Virus record (IMG/VR): IMGVR_UViG_3300028908_000006
Coordinates: 26,339-90,338 of that record
Length of the DNA stretch: 64,000 nucleotides
Source of the DNA: a virus
Strand: one strand, 5' to 3'
Every line of letters begins with the position of its first letter. The stretch's first letter is position 1. A model generated the notes under the pieces. That model was not told the DNA's origin. It worked only from the letters and a program-made list of their open reading frames with translations, and ran no database searches. Both the position numbers and the translations under genes were made by a program. Positions 37,601 through 47,277 of the stretch are shown here, piece after piece.

Positions 37601-40600
37601 AAATAAAACAAATAGAAGCAAGAATTGCTGCCGGGGAATCTGGTGATGAATTGGCCCGGCAATGGAATGAACTTGTCGCCCAGGCCAACGCCTTATCTGA
37701 TAGTGTTGTAACGTATGCCAAGAATATAGCTTCCAAGTATTCAACAATTTCAAGGGGAATCTCTGAAATAGAGAACAAATACAGGTCTCTTGCAGCCATT
37801 GGGAATCCTTTTGAAGGTATGTTAAAGGCTGCGGATGACATTGAACGTATCAGAAAAACGATAGCGGCCTTGAATAGTGAAGGGACAAGGTTCAAAGAAG
37901 TTGGGAAGAAGATAGAGGAAGCTCTGGCAAATGTATCAGATGAGAATATCAGGAAAGGGCTTGAGGCCCTTCTTGATATATACAAGAAGATAGGAGAGCT
38001 ATCTGGTAAGGATTTCGGTGGTCTTAAGGAAAGTATATTCGATGCTGAACTCGATAAGATCCTGAAGAAACTTGATACCAAGATCAGAAGCCATGTTGTA
38101 GCTCTTGGTGAAGATCTGTCAGGTGATATTGCCCAGATATACAAAGACACCGTGAATGCTGTCCTTTCTGGAGAAGGTGCAGAAGGCACTTCAGCCATTG
38201 ATGAACTTGAGAAACAATTGAAGGCGCGAAGAGATGAGATAGTAAGTAAATACGGAGAAGAAAAGTATAAAAAGATTCTTGATGAGATAATAGACCGTAA
38301 GAAGAAGCTAATCCAACTAGAGGAAATAAGGATAGGACTAGCTGAATCAAAGAAGATAATAGAGGCGCTGAAGAAGGAAAAGGAAGCTGTCCAGTCATTG
38401 GGAGACGTTTACAAAGAAGTTTCTGATATGGTCTTTGAGCTTTATGTATCTTCTCTACCTGAAAAGGAGCAAGAATACATAAAGCTCGTTCAAAAATATA
38501 ACGAGCTGTCAGGGAGGATAGTCCAGGAACGAAACAAAGCCTTAGAGGCTGGTGTTGATATATCTATATATGATAAAGCGCAGGAGTTACTGGACGAATG
38601 GTTAAAGAAACAAAAAGAGATACTTGAAGGGCAGGAAAAGATAAAGATAGGGCTAGCTGAATCAAAAAAGATAATAGAAACTTTGAAAAAAGAAAAAGAG
38701 GCATTACAGAGCCTTGGAGACACATATAGAGAAGTATCAGAGCTAGTATTTGAGCTTTATGTATCATCGCTACCTGAGAAGGAACAGGAATATATAAAGC
38801 TGGTCAGGAAATACAGAGAATTATCTGGGAAGATAATACAGGAGCGTAATAAAGCCCTAGAGGCTGGTATAGATACCTCAGCATACGATAGAGCACAGGA
38901 GTTACTGGATGAATGGTTCAATAGACAAAAAGAGAAATTAAACGAGCAGTATGACATCCATAAGAAAACTACTGAAAAGATAAAGAATATATGGAAAGGA
39001 GTTCCAGACAGCCTAGAAAACGTCATTGCCAATTGGATACGTGAGCTGAAAGTAGATTTTGATGATGTTGTTGAGATAGTGAAGGATGCTGCTGCACGAT
39101 CGGTTGCAGCCTGGATAATGGCCTGGGCACAGGCCCAATTCATGGTTCCCATCCCGATGGCCGCTCCAGCGTATGGTGGCGGCCAGGCTGGAGTTCAGGT
39201 AGGAGGGGCATCTGCTGGCGGTGGATTCGTTGCTCCACCAGGCACGTGGAGTGCCTTCAATAATGGGCTCCAGAATTACTTTACTGCCCCAACACGTTTC
39301 ATGGGCTGGCTTACCTATTCACTCCCATCAGGCCCATGGACAAAGCCTTTAGCATACGGAACCGCATGGCTTTACAATAACCCGTGGGCCTCTGCCGGCA
39401 TCATGTCCGGTTTTACTACCTACCTCTTCACCGGTGATTTGAAATCAGCAGCCTTTTCAGGCTTAGGAGCGGGAATTGGTTATGCACTTGGAGGTCCTGT
39501 AGGCGGTTTTCTCGGCGGGGCCGCTGGTTCATTTCTTGGGGGATTATTTGGAAAGAAGAAATATCCAAAGGTGAAATATGAAGCTGAATTTACTGTTGAT
39601 TTTGTCCCTGGAAGTGGATTCAGGTTAGCAGAATTCGATCTTACAACCACTAGAAAACACGGGGCTAAGAAAGAATATGAGGAAAGTGTCAGGAAGGAAA
39701 TAGAACAGATAATAAATCAGCCTATTGACTGGCTGAACCAGATGTATGCCGAGGTTATTGGAGATCTACCTGACAATTTAAGGCAGCGCTTTGATAGAGA
39801 GCTGGCGCAGATCAAATATAGTGCAACATTAAAAGAAAGAACACACAAGTCCCTGAAGGGTGACATAAATACCATGCAGTTTCAGGCATATATCAGGGAC
39901 TTGTTTCTCACGTATGGCCAGACGTTTGAAGAGGCATTCCAGGAAGAGATGCGGCTTGGTGTAGAAAAGTTTGAAGTCGTATCTCCATATCTAAAAGAGA
40001 ATGTAAGAAACTGGATCGTGGAGCAGGCGCAGGAGCTGTTTCCTGACGATGTGTTCGAAAAATTAAAAGAAATCCCAATAGAAAACATGGGATCTAAGGA
40101 TTTCGAAAAGTGGCTTGAAGAGAACATCAAGCCGCTCTTTGACGACATCTCAGCCTGGGAAGAGTTCTACGACTGGGCAATGGAATATCTGTCCAATGTT
40201 GAAGAGATCGTTACCTCCATCGAGGATGGCCTAAAGTATTTCACTTCATTCGGATCAAAGATGCGCTCGCTGTCAATTGAGTTCAAAGAACTCGTATCAC
40301 AGATGGATGAGATGGGAATTGATTTCTCAAAGCTATATGACTCCTACAAAAACATGGTGCAGCAGCAGTTCAGATTGTCACTCGTCCAACAGTTTCCTGA
40401 GCTATATTCTGGTGATTTGTATCTAGAAACACTTATGAACAATCTTGCACCGGTGATTGATTATCTTGGCATTGGTTATGAGCAAATATGGAACTTGGTT
40501 AAATCTGGAAATTATCAAGCATTTACAGACATCCTATGGAATATAGGCGACAACCTTGAGTTCCTAATGCAGGTCTCAGAAGAAACAGGTATATCAATAG

Positions 40601-41592
40601 AAGATTTGATAGGGTATCTGGCATCTCTTGGTGATGCTGCCTACCAGGTGAACCAGCAGCTGGCTCAGCTCCAATATACGGCAGCATCAAGCGTGTTTGA
40701 GTGGAAAGGTGGAAGCTATGAGCTCTATGTAAAGAGACAGCGGCTTTCAGAAATAGAGGCAAAATATGGTATCTCTGATCGCGAAGTAGAGTATCTAGCA
40801 AATATGTATTACAAGTATCTTACAGGCGACCAGCAGGCTAAACAATTCGCAGAAGAGCTAATTGCTGCCTACGGGACAGAAGGAGAGAGGGACGCTTTAG
40901 AAGCTATCACGATCTGGACAGAACTCCAAAAGAATAATATGCGTGAGGCTTCAGATTATTCCAGCCAGATTCCTGATTACATGGATAAAGCAAAGCAGAA
41001 GATGATAGAGGCGCTCGATCTAATAGATCAAAAAATTACAGATCTAAAGCTTGGATCGCTTAACGTGGCTCTTCCAACTGAAAAACTGTCTGTTGCTGAA
41101 GAAGAATATAGAAAACTCTATAAAGAGGCACTATCAGGCGATAGTGACGCATTACGTGAGTATCTTAGTTTCAGCAGTCAATATCTTGAACTTTACCAAA
41201 GTGTATATAAATCATCGGAAGAGTATCAGAAAAAGTTTGACCAGGTAATGAGAGATCTTGAATACCTGAAACAGGTGTATGGGAGTCTCCCGTCATATCA
41301 GACAGGTGGTGTGGTAGAGGCGAGCCAGCTTGCAATTCTTCACGGGCCCGAAGCTGTGGTTCCGCTTGTAAATGGAGCGATCCCAGTTGCTATATCAGGT
41401 GGTGTTTCAAAAGAAGAGCTGGTAGAAGCTATGAAGGTGGCAATTTTATCAGCAGCAAATGAACGCCCACTAATGATAAAGGTATACATTGGTGGTGAAG
41501 AATTAACAGAGCATATCATAAAACTTGTTGACGAATACCGGGTCCAGGCTGCTGCAAGAAACGTCGTAGCGGATACTGTGAGGGTTTTCTGA
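34693..41592 (+). CDS. tail tape measure protein
   Basis: 2299 aa, helical, TP901-like core, Gly-rich hydrophobic segments, SYQTGGVV..LHGPEAVVPL end. Confidence 0.95.
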   Translation: MARDTVRTEVEVQINPLIDGLNDLIRALEIYKQDIPRGLDAFTRAQEQFATSLEKASKAQRSAAGMLINQVKRDVNSVLREFDKLKVKAGLIAKELSDIAPKIGGEQAKELARELSIVEKQVKNIANDFSTVLPKALKENRQILTTQFTTDLRKISREFDNIVKKARQLAAENERAERAERRRLIETERIRARYQDRVSRIRTGEEFRKTAREISSVRRNVQALGREIEKEASRLDTLNKKMMAGARSLEQFEARVAARMKQQEKLYAIRGRELSLIAERMRTYPFQAHELARPAEQVITSMWIAGPRQTLKTWWAEAGKIAEKEGRRQAGVFIQSFGQFFKQNFARAFGAWLGAAITTFPIAYGVISTIGELNRQYNVLVDVSRYVQSATVGVAGTFADLSGIMKNIISLSVKTGKSFEEVGKALWEMKSAGFGMREALAGTEVALKLTMLAGGGIDIGKATRIVAGMYRLFKDQFAGIADETERFKNMFGEVVYVLNSSQIALDELLRSFEYFGATAKATGMPLEQMLGYLSVLSDERLPGVGRAARQAANQIAQAIPMIAARYGIVLDSSKSLASEMNKVFEALNARIKDGTLSLEEFSVWMKEAGVRGGPAIIALARNWDKVKRTIELLKDSQKSLAMDFDEFFETVAEIRMSTFEMQWNRLKNAIFGVTAEGIHPLKNEMADLFKIMADGFETLWKALDNTSLALDALLASAGAFIGARVGAATGAMFGGPLGAMIGGSLGLGAGIGLGKFQHWSEEQIQKQIIGFTYDDLSKAINNLFAPERFVPLIEDALSNVKKSMDTVDAAFGDDLIESSFSYDEASVKAAAERIARAFNAQFVLAISSSNLKDEISKKLSESFRIDPDVIANMIQSGATTEEIWKYINDRLLEAAEAAGVTEEQLRSLTTTLKEGYTETKRYADNLKYFAETLVLASTGKKGLENAAIGINENYKSLLVTLGRLSDKLYEIKQIEARIAAGESGDELARQWNELVAQANALSDSVVTYAKNIASKYSTISRGISEIENKYRSLAAIGNPFEGMLKAADDIERIRKTIAALNSEGTRFKEVGKKIEEALANVSDENIRKGLEALLDIYKKIGELSGKDFGGLKESIFDAELDKILKKLDTKIRSHVVALGEDLSGDIAQIYKDTVNAVLSGEGAEGTSAIDELEKQLKARRDEIVSKYGEEKYKKILDEIIDRKKKLIQLEEIRIGLAESKKIIEALKKEKEAVQSLGDVYKEVSDMVFELYVSSLPEKEQEYIKLVQKYNELSGRIVQERNKALEAGVDISIYDKAQELLDEWLKKQKEILEGQEKIKIGLAESKKIIETLKKEKEALQSLGDTYREVSELVFELYVSSLPEKEQEYIKLVRKYRELSGKIIQERNKALEAGIDTSAYDRAQELLDEWFNRQKEKLNEQYDIHKKTTEKIKNIWKGVPDSLENVIANWIRELKVDFDDVVEIVKDAAARSVAAWIMAWAQAQFMVPIPMAAPAYGGGQAGVQVGGASAGGGFVAPPGTWSAFNNGLQNYFTAPTRFMGWLTYSLPSGPWTKPLAYGTAWLYNNPWASAGIMSGFTTYLFTGDLKSAAFSGLGAGIGYALGGPVGGFLGGAAGSFLGGLFGKKKYPKVKYEAEFTVDFVPGSGFRLAEFDLTTTRKHGAKKEYEESVRKEIEQIINQPIDWLNQMYAEVIGDLPDNLRQRFDRELAQIKYSATLKERTHKSLKGDINTMQFQAYIRDLFLTYGQTFEEAFQEEMRLGVEKFEVVSPYLKENVRNWIVEQAQELFPDDVFEKLKEIPIENMGSKDFEKWLEENIKPLFDDISAWEEFYDWAMEYLSNVEEIVTSIEDGLKYFTSFGSKMRSLSIEFKELVSQMDEMGIDFSKLYDSYKNMVQQQFRLSLVQQFPELYSGDLYLETLMNNLAPVIDYLGIGYEQIWNLVKSGNYQAFTDILWNIGDNLEFLMQVSEETGISIEDLIGYLASLGDAAYQVNQQLAQLQYTAASSVFEWKGGSYELYVKRQRLSEIEAKYGISDREVEYLANMYYKYLTGDQQAKQFAEELIAAYGTEGERDALEAITIWTELQKNNMREASDYSSQIPDYMDKAKQKMIEALDLIDQKITDLKLGSLNVALPTEKLSVAEEEYRKLYKEALSGDSDALREYLSFSSQYLELYQSVYKSSEEYQKKFDQVMRDLEYLKQVYGSLPSYQTGGVVEASQLAILHGPEAVVPLVNGAIPVAISGGVSKEELVEAMKVAILSAANERPLMIKVYIGGEELTEHIIKLVDEYRVQAAARNVVADTVRVF
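38326..38935 (+). repeat. in-frame 315-bp tandem duplication in tape measure gene
   Basis: I(R/K)IGLAESKKIIE...ELYVSSLPEKEQEYIKLV...AQELLDEW occurs twice, starting at 38326 and 38641. Confidence 0.92.
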
Positions 41593-42974
41593 TGAAAAAA
41601 CTGTTCATTAAGCTGGTAAGCCAGATTGACCCGTCAAAAGAATTTTATTTTGCAGTTGGTGGACACCAAGGAAGCCACAATTGGAAAGATGCAATTCTGA
41701 ATGACGTTCAAATATCATGGGGAGTAAGAAACAATCTTGGCGGATATGCTTATGTCAACTGGGGAAGGCTTGAGATAGCACGAACTGAGATAGATTCGGA
41801 TCCATATAATATGTATGCATATATCGGAGAAGATGAAGACAGCCTGGAATTATTCTTTGAAGGTTATGCTATCCGTGAACAGCTTACATATCCATCGTTG
41901 GTTCTTGGAGTGTATGGTAAAGACTATGATGCACTCGTTCTAGACGAGGGAGTGTTCCTTGACAGGGACGGGAATGCATCACCAGAGAAATACAAGAAGA
42001 TAACATTTGGGACGTTACTGGAATATATTCCATGTCAACGAGTCGGATCGTCGAGTGAGTATAAATACGTAAAGCCGTTGATAAAGGGGACAAGCCCAGG
42101 AACTGATTATCATGTTTATGATGACGGGGTGAATATAGACGGTAACGTGACTGACAATGGCGACGGGACATTTAATCTCAGTAGTGCGCCTGTTGGAGAA
42201 GTATCAATATCAGGGACTTCAGAATATGTGCATTCTACTCCCTATTCTCCATACGGAGATAGATTTTCAGATTCTGTGTATGATTTCGTAGCTGATAGAA
42301 TATCGGCAACACTCATAACAACACCCTACTGGAAAGATTCACCGACAATTTCAAAGTTCGTAAAAACACAACTAAAGATAACCGACTTGCTGGACCATGT
42401 ATCACGGCTCGTCCCAGCAATAGCATATTGTGTTGGTAGTAATGTATATGCGTTTGCAATAGGACGCCTAAAAACATACAGCACTTCATTTTCAGAGTTC
42501 GTTTCGAATCAGCCTGAAGAGGAGCCATACTCATTCTACCTCAACGAAGACATGATGATAGATTTTAAAATCGAATGGCCATCTCCAACAAAATTCATTG
42601 TTGGAAACTACGAATATCGTGAGGCAGTCCTTGATAGGACTGGTTACCATGTAAAGACAGAACGAATGGATCTAAAACATGATGTTGGCTTTGCAGTTGG
42701 TGGAGAATACAATGTTGGAGATTGGATTCATCCATCATTATTTTGGAGCGAAGTAGGAGGAATACATAATTACATCAACAACATCAGATGTAGAGTGAAA
42801 TGTAACCTTGAAGACGTTTATGGAATAAAACCAGGCTACATACTTGGAATTGATGTCCCAGATGAGTTCATGAGTATATTTACGCAAAAGTTTAATATAT
42901 TTGTGGTAACAGGGATAAACATTAACTTTTCAAGATATACGGTTGATCTTACCGGAGTTTGGAGCCCGTTATGA
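41592..42974 (+). CDS. tail tip/baseplate hub protein
   Basis: 460 aa directly after tape measure. Confidence 0.65.
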   Translation: MKKLFIKLVSQIDPSKEFYFAVGGHQGSHNWKDAILNDVQISWGVRNNLGGYAYVNWGRLEIARTEIDSDPYNMYAYIGEDEDSLELFFEGYAIREQLTYPSLVLGVYGKDYDALVLDEGVFLDRDGNASPEKYKKITFGTLLEYIPCQRVGSSSEYKYVKPLIKGTSPGTDYHVYDDGVNIDGNVTDNGDGTFNLSSAPVGEVSISGTSEYVHSTPYSPYGDRFSDSVYDFVADRISATLITTPYWKDSPTISKFVKTQLKITDLLDHVSRLVPAIAYCVGSNVYAFAIGRLKTYSTSFSEFVSNQPEEEPYSFYLNEDMMIDFKIEWPSPTKFIVGNYEYREAVLDRTGYHVKTERMDLKHDVGFAVGGEYNVGDWIHPSLFWSEVGGIHNYINNIRCRVKCNLEDVYGIKPGYILGIDVPDEFMSIFTQKFNIFVVTGININFSRYTVDLTGVWSPL

Positions 42975-43702
42975 AGGTTATCTATCCTGATAGGATACAG
43001 TCGATTTCAGCATCATCGTCTGCAAGCGGATTTCCAGTTGAAAACCTGCTCGATGATTGGCCGCAGAACATCTGGAAGGCTACAAGTAATACAGCTTCAA
43101 TCACAATTGAGGTTGGTGGGAGCTCAGATGCTATTGCAATGTTCAATGTCAATGCTGACACAGTTACAATCAATGTTGAAGATGAAGATCAAATAGAGAT
43201 AGATCTCAGAGTGATCGACACCTATGAAAGCCTCATACTCGACACACCAAACATATACAGAGAGTTCTTTATAGAATATCCGTATAAGGCTGTCCAGCAC
43301 ACAATAACAATTGAGCTGGAAGCGCCAGAAGGAGATATTGTTTCTGCTGGAATCATACGGGCGGGGTTGTCAAGAACTTTCAGTAATCCCGATTACCCTC
43401 TCCAGGAGACCTGGCAGGACTATTCCATCATCAAGAGGACAGTTACAGGGCGAACATATGTGGTCCACAAACCAAAAGCAAGGAAGCTGTCAGGGAGTTT
43501 CCTGGCTCCATTTGAGAGTGATTTCTTGAAGTTCATAACCCTTTATAGAGAGCTTGACTTCAAGCCATTTGCCTGGCTTGTAGCCTCTGATGTTGATGAT
43601 AAACACTTTGCGGTGTTTGCCAGATTTGAAAATCCGCCATCTATCAGACATGCATATCCAGGCTATGTCGTAATAAATTTTATACTTGAGGAGGTAGTAT
43701 AA
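42971..43702 (+). CDS. tail tip protein (distal-tail-like)
   Basis: Position; beta-rich; ASSSASGFPVENLLD N-terminus. Confidence 0.6.
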   Translation: MKVIYPDRIQSISASSSASGFPVENLLDDWPQNIWKATSNTASITIEVGGSSDAIAMFNVNADTVTINVEDEDQIEIDLRVIDTYESLILDTPNIYREFFIEYPYKAVQHTITIELEAPEGDIVSAGIIRAGLSRTFSNPDYPLQETWQDYSIIKRTVTGRTYVVHKPKARKLSGSFLAPFESDFLKFITLYRELDFKPFAWLVASDVDDKHFAVFARFENPPSIRHAYPGYVVINFILEEVV

Positions 43703-44622
43703 TGCCCAGTTACACATGGCCGGAATTCCCGGCTACAAAAGAAAGTAATTTTGAACAAAAAGCCAGAACGGCGTTGAACAGTTGGCGGTCAAATGCCGCT
43801 GATATGGATATACGCATAGAAGACATAGAAGGATTTCTGGAAAATAATTCTGATTTCACACCAGACCCAACAAGGTTCAGAAATAGCGTTCATAATGCGC
43901 TTATTACAGATGGTGTAGCGAAGAACATAAACTATTATGTTGACCCTGATACAGGATCTGATACGAATGATGGATCTTCTAGTGCTCCGTTTGCAACACT
44001 TGAAAAAGCACTTGAAAGTGTCCCACCAGGCGGTCATGCTGTAATATACTTAAATGCTGGGAAAACGTACACACTTACAAGACCTGTAATATTATTTAAT
44101 ACCACTATTCTCGTATCAAAAACGGGAACTGATTCTGTAACTATCACGCCGCAGTATTACGTATCAGGAGATAAAGCGTGGTGTCCGTGTATTTCACTAA
44201 GAAATTCATGTATACGTTTTGAGAAGGTAACCTTTAATATCGTAACCAATACAACAGGTTATTCGTTTTCATTACATCAGAACTCAATAGTAAGAGTAGG
44301 GCGGAATGATTGTTTTGGGGCTGTTCATTTCTATTACTGTGACATTGATATAAATGATATAGATGTAAGACTAGTATCAGGTAATAATTATGGAGATGGA
44401 CCATCAATAATAGGCGTCTCACATTATGCGATTACAATAAACGTAAATGCAGATGGATTTCTTATAGACATATCAAAAAGTACATTGGCATATAGTGTAT
44501 CTGGTGGGACAATAAATGACAACGCCGGCACAGGAAAAACAACGTATCAATCACTTGTAACAGGAGTTGTCAAAGATACAGATGGGAAGCCAAGGAACGT
44601 TATAAGCAATCTCATATTCTAA
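43702..44622 (+). CDS. tail fibre/spike, candidate receptor-binding protein
   Basis: YYVDPDTGSDTNDGSSSAPFATLEKAL beta-helix cap motif. Confidence 0.75.
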   Translation: MPSYTWPEFPATKESNFEQKARTALNSWRSNAADMDIRIEDIEGFLENNSDFTPDPTRFRNSVHNALITDGVAKNINYYVDPDTGSDTNDGSSSAPFATLEKALESVPPGGHAVIYLNAGKTYTLTRPVILFNTTILVSKTGTDSVTITPQYYVSGDKAWCPCISLRNSCIRFEKVTFNIVTNTTGYSFSLHQNSIVRVGRNDCFGAVHFYYCDIDINDIDVRLVSGNNYGDGPSIIGVSHYAITINVNADGFLIDISKSTLAYSVSGGTINDNAGTGKTTYQSLVTGVVKDTDGKPRNVISNLIF

Positions 44623-44623
44623 G

Positions 44624-44940
44624 GACCTCCCTAAACCATAAGCTTTTATGAGTTTTCTTATGGTTTAGGCGGGTCTGAGGCAGAGGTGGTTCCAATGTGG
44701 GATAAGCTGAACTCAGCAAATGTGAAGCTGAGAGGTGAAGAGGAGAGATTAATTCTCTCCCTCCACCTATGTCCCATGGTTACCCACAAGGGTAGGCACC
44801 TTGGGGTGGTGCGCCAGCTCCAAGCTCTGCCGGTGGTGGGGAACGAAACCCAGCCTGAGACGGCGTTGGTGAACATCTCCATCACTATCAGAGACCATGG
44901 GACTTTGCCGAGGCGCAACATAACCCTATTTGGGAGATGG
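44624..44940 (+). ncRNA. omegaRNA scaffold of IscB element
   Basis: 13-bp opening hairpin 44630-44669; CACCTTGGGGTG...CCAGCTCCAAGCTCTG and TGCCGAGGCGCAACATAACCC segments resemble omegaRNA/HEARO; directly upstream of iscB. Confidence 0.8.
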
Positions 44941-44945
44941 CTTAA

Positions 44946-46136
44946 ATGCCAACTACTCAAATGAAAGTTTTTGTAGTAGACGCAGAAGGTGAGCCTCTTC
45001 TACCTACTACTCCAGCAAGAGCAAGGTTATTGTTGAAAAGAGGGAAAGCAAGGGTTTATAGAATGATTCCATTTGCAATTCAGTTAAACAGAGCTGTTAA
45101 CAATCATGTTGGAAAATTCACGGCAGCTGTTGATGATGGAGCTAAGTGGATAGGAATTGCTGTTAAAGGTAAAGATGAAATTGTATTTGCCGCTAACGTT
45201 AGGTTGAGACAGAATGTGAGTAAGAAAGTCAAAGAAAGAGCAATGTATCGTAGGAACAGAAGAAACAGATTAAGATATAGGCCCGTACGGTTTTTGAATA
45301 GAAGTAGGGAAAAAGGTTGGTTGCCTCCTTCTATCAGATATAGGAAAGAGGTTGTTCTGAGAGTTATTAATGACCTTAGAAAATTTCTCAACATTACAGA
45401 TATTGTTATTGAACAAGGTTCCTTTGACGTTTCTTCAATTGCGGCAGGTAAAAAACTTAGTGGTAGGGAATACCAACAGAAGCGATATGAAGGTAAAAAC
45501 TTTAGAGAGAAGGTTCTTAAAAGAGATGGTTATACTTGTCAGATTTGTGGTAGTAGGAGAAGTCTTGAAGTGCACCATATAGTCCCAAGAAGCAAGGGTG
45601 GGACTAATATTGTGGAAAATGGGTTTACACTTTGTAAAGATTGCCACAAAGCTGTCCATGATGGAAAGGTAAAATTGACTGCTAACGTATTATCTCCAAA
45701 GTATGCTTCTATTACTCAACAAGGAAAGTTGTGGTTGTATAGGAAACTGAAAGAACAGTTCAGAAACGTAGAAATGACTTTTGGTTATTTGACAAGAAGA
45801 ATGAGAGAAAAGCTTGGACTTACAAAGGACCACTATGCAGATGCTTGCGCGATGCTTAACTGCAACAGAATAACCTCTCCCGTTTATCTCATCATTCCAC
45901 GAAGGAGGAGACCAGAGGTAAATAATCCAGCTAAAAAACGTGATGAGTATAAAGGTTTCAGACATTTTGACATTGTAGTTGCCTATCATAAGACAAAAGG
46001 AAAGGTAGTTGGCTGCGTGAGGAGTTTAAAAAAGAATGGTTTAGCGATAAGAACAAAGTTTTCAGACAACTTTGTGGTTGGATATACGAAGAGCAAACTA
46101 TTGTGGAGACCAAGAGGGTTAGTGTATGTGGTTTGA
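44946..46136 (+). CDS. iscB: RNA-guided endonuclease IscB
   Basis: PLLP (PLMP) domain, RuvC-I VDDGAK, bridge helix RRNRR, RuvC-II IEQ, HNH EVHHIVPRSKGG..LCKDCH, RuvC-III HYADA. Confidence 0.93.
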   Translation: MPTTQMKVFVVDAEGEPLLPTTPARARLLLKRGKARVYRMIPFAIQLNRAVNNHVGKFTAAVDDGAKWIGIAVKGKDEIVFAANVRLRQNVSKKVKERAMYRRNRRNRLRYRPVRFLNRSREKGWLPPSIRYRKEVVLRVINDLRKFLNITDIVIEQGSFDVSSIAAGKKLSGREYQQKRYEGKNFREKVLKRDGYTCQICGSRRSLEVHHIVPRSKGGTNIVENGFTLCKDCHKAVHDGKVKLTANVLSPKYASITQQGKLWLYRKLKEQFRNVEMTFGYLTRRMREKLGLTKDHYADACAMLNCNRITSPVYLIIPRRRRPEVNNPAKKRDEYKGFRHFDIVVAYHKTKGKVVGCVRSLKKNGLAIRTKFSDNFVVGYTKSKLLWRPRGLVYVV

Positions 46137-46195
46137 AAACTATCAAGAACTAATGGAAACTAATGAAAAACTAGACTATTCAGAAGGGGGATGAA

Positions 46196-46657
46196 ATGAA
46201 GATTCTGAGAATAATAAAGATCGGAGATACGATCTATGAAAATATCTACCTCTATACCGAAGATGAGAATGGTAATAGGATTTATAACATCCCAACGGAC
46301 ATAACGGAATTGAAGCAAGCAGTAAACGATACTCTTGGTTATCTCACAATGAAAAAGATCTCTTCTATCTTGGTGGCAGTAGATAAAAAGGATGCCGCTA
46401 TGACAAAGGCCATCTGTCTGCTGGCAAAGGTGATTAACTCTTTGTCTCCAGATACAACCGTTCTCACAGATAAGGAACAGACAGCATTCAAGGCTATGGT
46501 ATCTCTGGCTGATAGCGGATATACGGATTCAGAACTCCTAAACAACGCTCTAACTGAAATCTCATCCGCCCTGGCCTGGTATGAATCAAAAGCAAGTGAA
46601 CTGGAGTCTTTAAATGATTTTGATTCTATTGTTTCTTTTCTTTCTGATCTCAAGTAA
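46196..46657 (+). CDS. putative tail fibre assembly/chaperone protein
   Basis: Position after fibre gene once IscB is removed. Confidence 0.5.
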   Translation: MKILRIIKIGDTIYENIYLYTEDENGNRIYNIPTDITELKQAVNDTLGYLTMKKISSILVAVDKKDAAMTKAICLLAKVINSLSPDTTVLTDKEQTAFKAMVSLADSGYTDSELLNNALTEISSALAWYESKASELESLNDFDSIVSFLSDLK

Positions 46658-47252
46658 CACTTACGCAGATTCCGTATGTTTATACCTTGATGAGGGAACA
46701 TCAACCTACCAAGAGGTATGTTTGGATGCCTGCCATCTCATTGAAAAATATCTAAATGATAATTGCGAAACAATACCAATAGACCAAATAAACACGATAG
46801 GCCTGTTCAGAGGATACAATGTTGTCTATCTTGCCACACATGGAAATGATGGAGGTATCTTGATAGGGCAGGATAGCATATACACGTGGAAGGACGTTCT
46901 AAAGATCCCATGCTCGCTACTTGTGGTAGATACGTGCTATTCAGGCTACATCCTGGATCATGTTAGCCAGGAAATCAAAAAGACGATAATTACGGCGTCT
47001 GGGAAATGCCTATCAGTAACAAAGGCTTTCATAAGGACACTTGAATGTTACTTTGGAGAATGCCAGACAGACATCTCTTGGTGCAACAATGTCTTTGATT
47101 TTGGTCTTTGTTATATGTGGTGGGCATGGGAGCTTGTGTTGAGGGATAGAATAAGCTCTCTATATGTGATAATGAATGAAAAACAACTTCCTTGCTGTAT
47201 TGGTAGTCCCATGATATACTCACCAGCAGATGGTGCACGCCCATTGCGTTAG
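46614..47252 (+). CDS. secreted caspase-like (clan CD) peptidase
   Basis: Signal peptide; VVYLATHG and LLVVDTCYSG His/Cys dyad motifs. Confidence 0.7.
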   Translation: MILILLFLFFLISSNTYADSVCLYLDEGTSTYQEVCLDACHLIEKYLNDNCETIPIDQINTIGLFRGYNVVYLATHGNDGGILIGQDSIYTWKDVLKIPCSLLVVDTCYSGYILDHVSQEIKKTIITASGKCLSVTKAFIRTLECYFGECQTDISWCNNVFDFGLCYMWWAWELVLRDRISSLYVIMNEKQLPCCIGSPMIYSPADGARPLR

Positions 47253-47277
47253 TAAAAAAAACAACAAGGAGGTTTGT

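Larger units (their letters stand above)
44624..46190 (+). mobile_element. non-autonomous IS200/IS605-family OMEGA (IscB) element
   Basis: omegaRNA plus iscB, no tnpA; right boundary uncertain. Confidence 0.7.

Noticed and set aside
34782-40801. Minus-strand ORFs within the tape measure gene, e.g. 36600..37418
   Set aside because: Ser/Phe/Leu-rich antisense shadows without RBS.
44658-44964. ORFs 44686..44964 (+) and 44658..44960 (-)
   Set aside because: They coincide with the omegaRNA scaffold and lack a clear RBS or protein-like features.
44946-46136. Cas9 or plain HNH homing endonuclease
   Set aside because: 396 aa with PLMP domain, no REC lobe, no array; fits IscB.
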